Source: Phoronis australis | Taxonomy: Eukaryota; Animalia; Phoronida | DNA: 64,000 nucleotides | Direction of reading: 5' to 3' | Assembly (NCBI GenBank): GCA_002633005.1 | Contig: NMRA01000053.1 | Span: forward strand, 124,001-188,000 | In this document: piece by piece, positions 63,484 to 64,000 of the stretch | Layout of the letters: each line of letters starts with the position of its first letter | Position numbering within the stretch: the first letter of the stretch is position 1 | Notes under the pieces: generated by a model | What the model was told of the DNA's origin: nothing | The model's database searches: none | What the model saw: only the letters and a program-made list of their open reading frames with translations | Program-made: the position numbers and the translations under genes

Positions 63484-64000
63484 GTGCCCAATGAAAAAAA
63501 TCATGAATGATGGATATAACTTTGTTTTTTTCAAAAGCAGCTAATTTCATGCTTAAAATTTGTGTCAATTGTATGATTTTGCTTTAGCTTAAATACGTTT
63601 CAATCAATCTGTTTTCTGATTTATGTTAAGCAGCTTCCTGTCCATTGAAAGAACAACAGAATTGATGTTGATTTATGGTTCAATCAAAAACCAAAACCAA
63701 AGAAAGAGTTAGAAGAAACACTTTTGACTTAAAATTGCATTTTGGCTTCCAAGTTCCTTGTCTGCTGTAAAAAGGGGCATTTATCAGTTTTGGGGCAAAA
63801 AACATTTTTGGGGTTATTATTGTATGACATAGACCAACGTTGACAACAACAAAGTTCATTGTGTTCTTGTGATCGTATTACAAATTACCAATTGCTGTGT
63901 GACTGACATTTTCTGAAATCAAGGCCGGTCATTTTACCAGTTAAACTCTGCCATTTATCGAATAGGATCACGGGTTTATAGGTTTGATTCTGTGCTGAAT

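Overview
AT-rich, intron- and repeat-rich animal (probably invertebrate bilaterian) genomic DNA; the ORF track is mostly noise. The one confidently identified gene is INO80 complex subunit D (INO80D, + strand): 10 coding exons from 10952 to 23175 that I joined by hand with consistent phases to about 1006 aa, plus a probable non-coding leader exon ending at 8219. It has a U12-type (minor spliceosome) intron at 17660-17978 and a 7-codon in-frame uORF just before the start codon. Weaker gene evidence: a divergent minus-strand transcript left of the promoter, a small convergent minus-strand gene at about 27.4-32 kb, and two phase-compatible plus-strand exons (38747-38792, 52803-52892) of an unidentified large-intron gene. 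The rest is transposon debris: Helentron/HINE-like elements, hAT-like MITEs with 5-, 6- and 8-bp TSDs, a Harbinger-like MITE nested in a CR1/L2 LINE, a Penelope fragment and Kolobok-like ends. The most unusual signal is a 1.1-kb HINE-like element built from ~145-bp monomers, each carrying a CTCF-like motif. Two copies in convergent orientation bracket the INO80D promoter and the 5' part of the gene. The 540-bp tandem duplication at 11081-12163 is most likely an assembly artefact.
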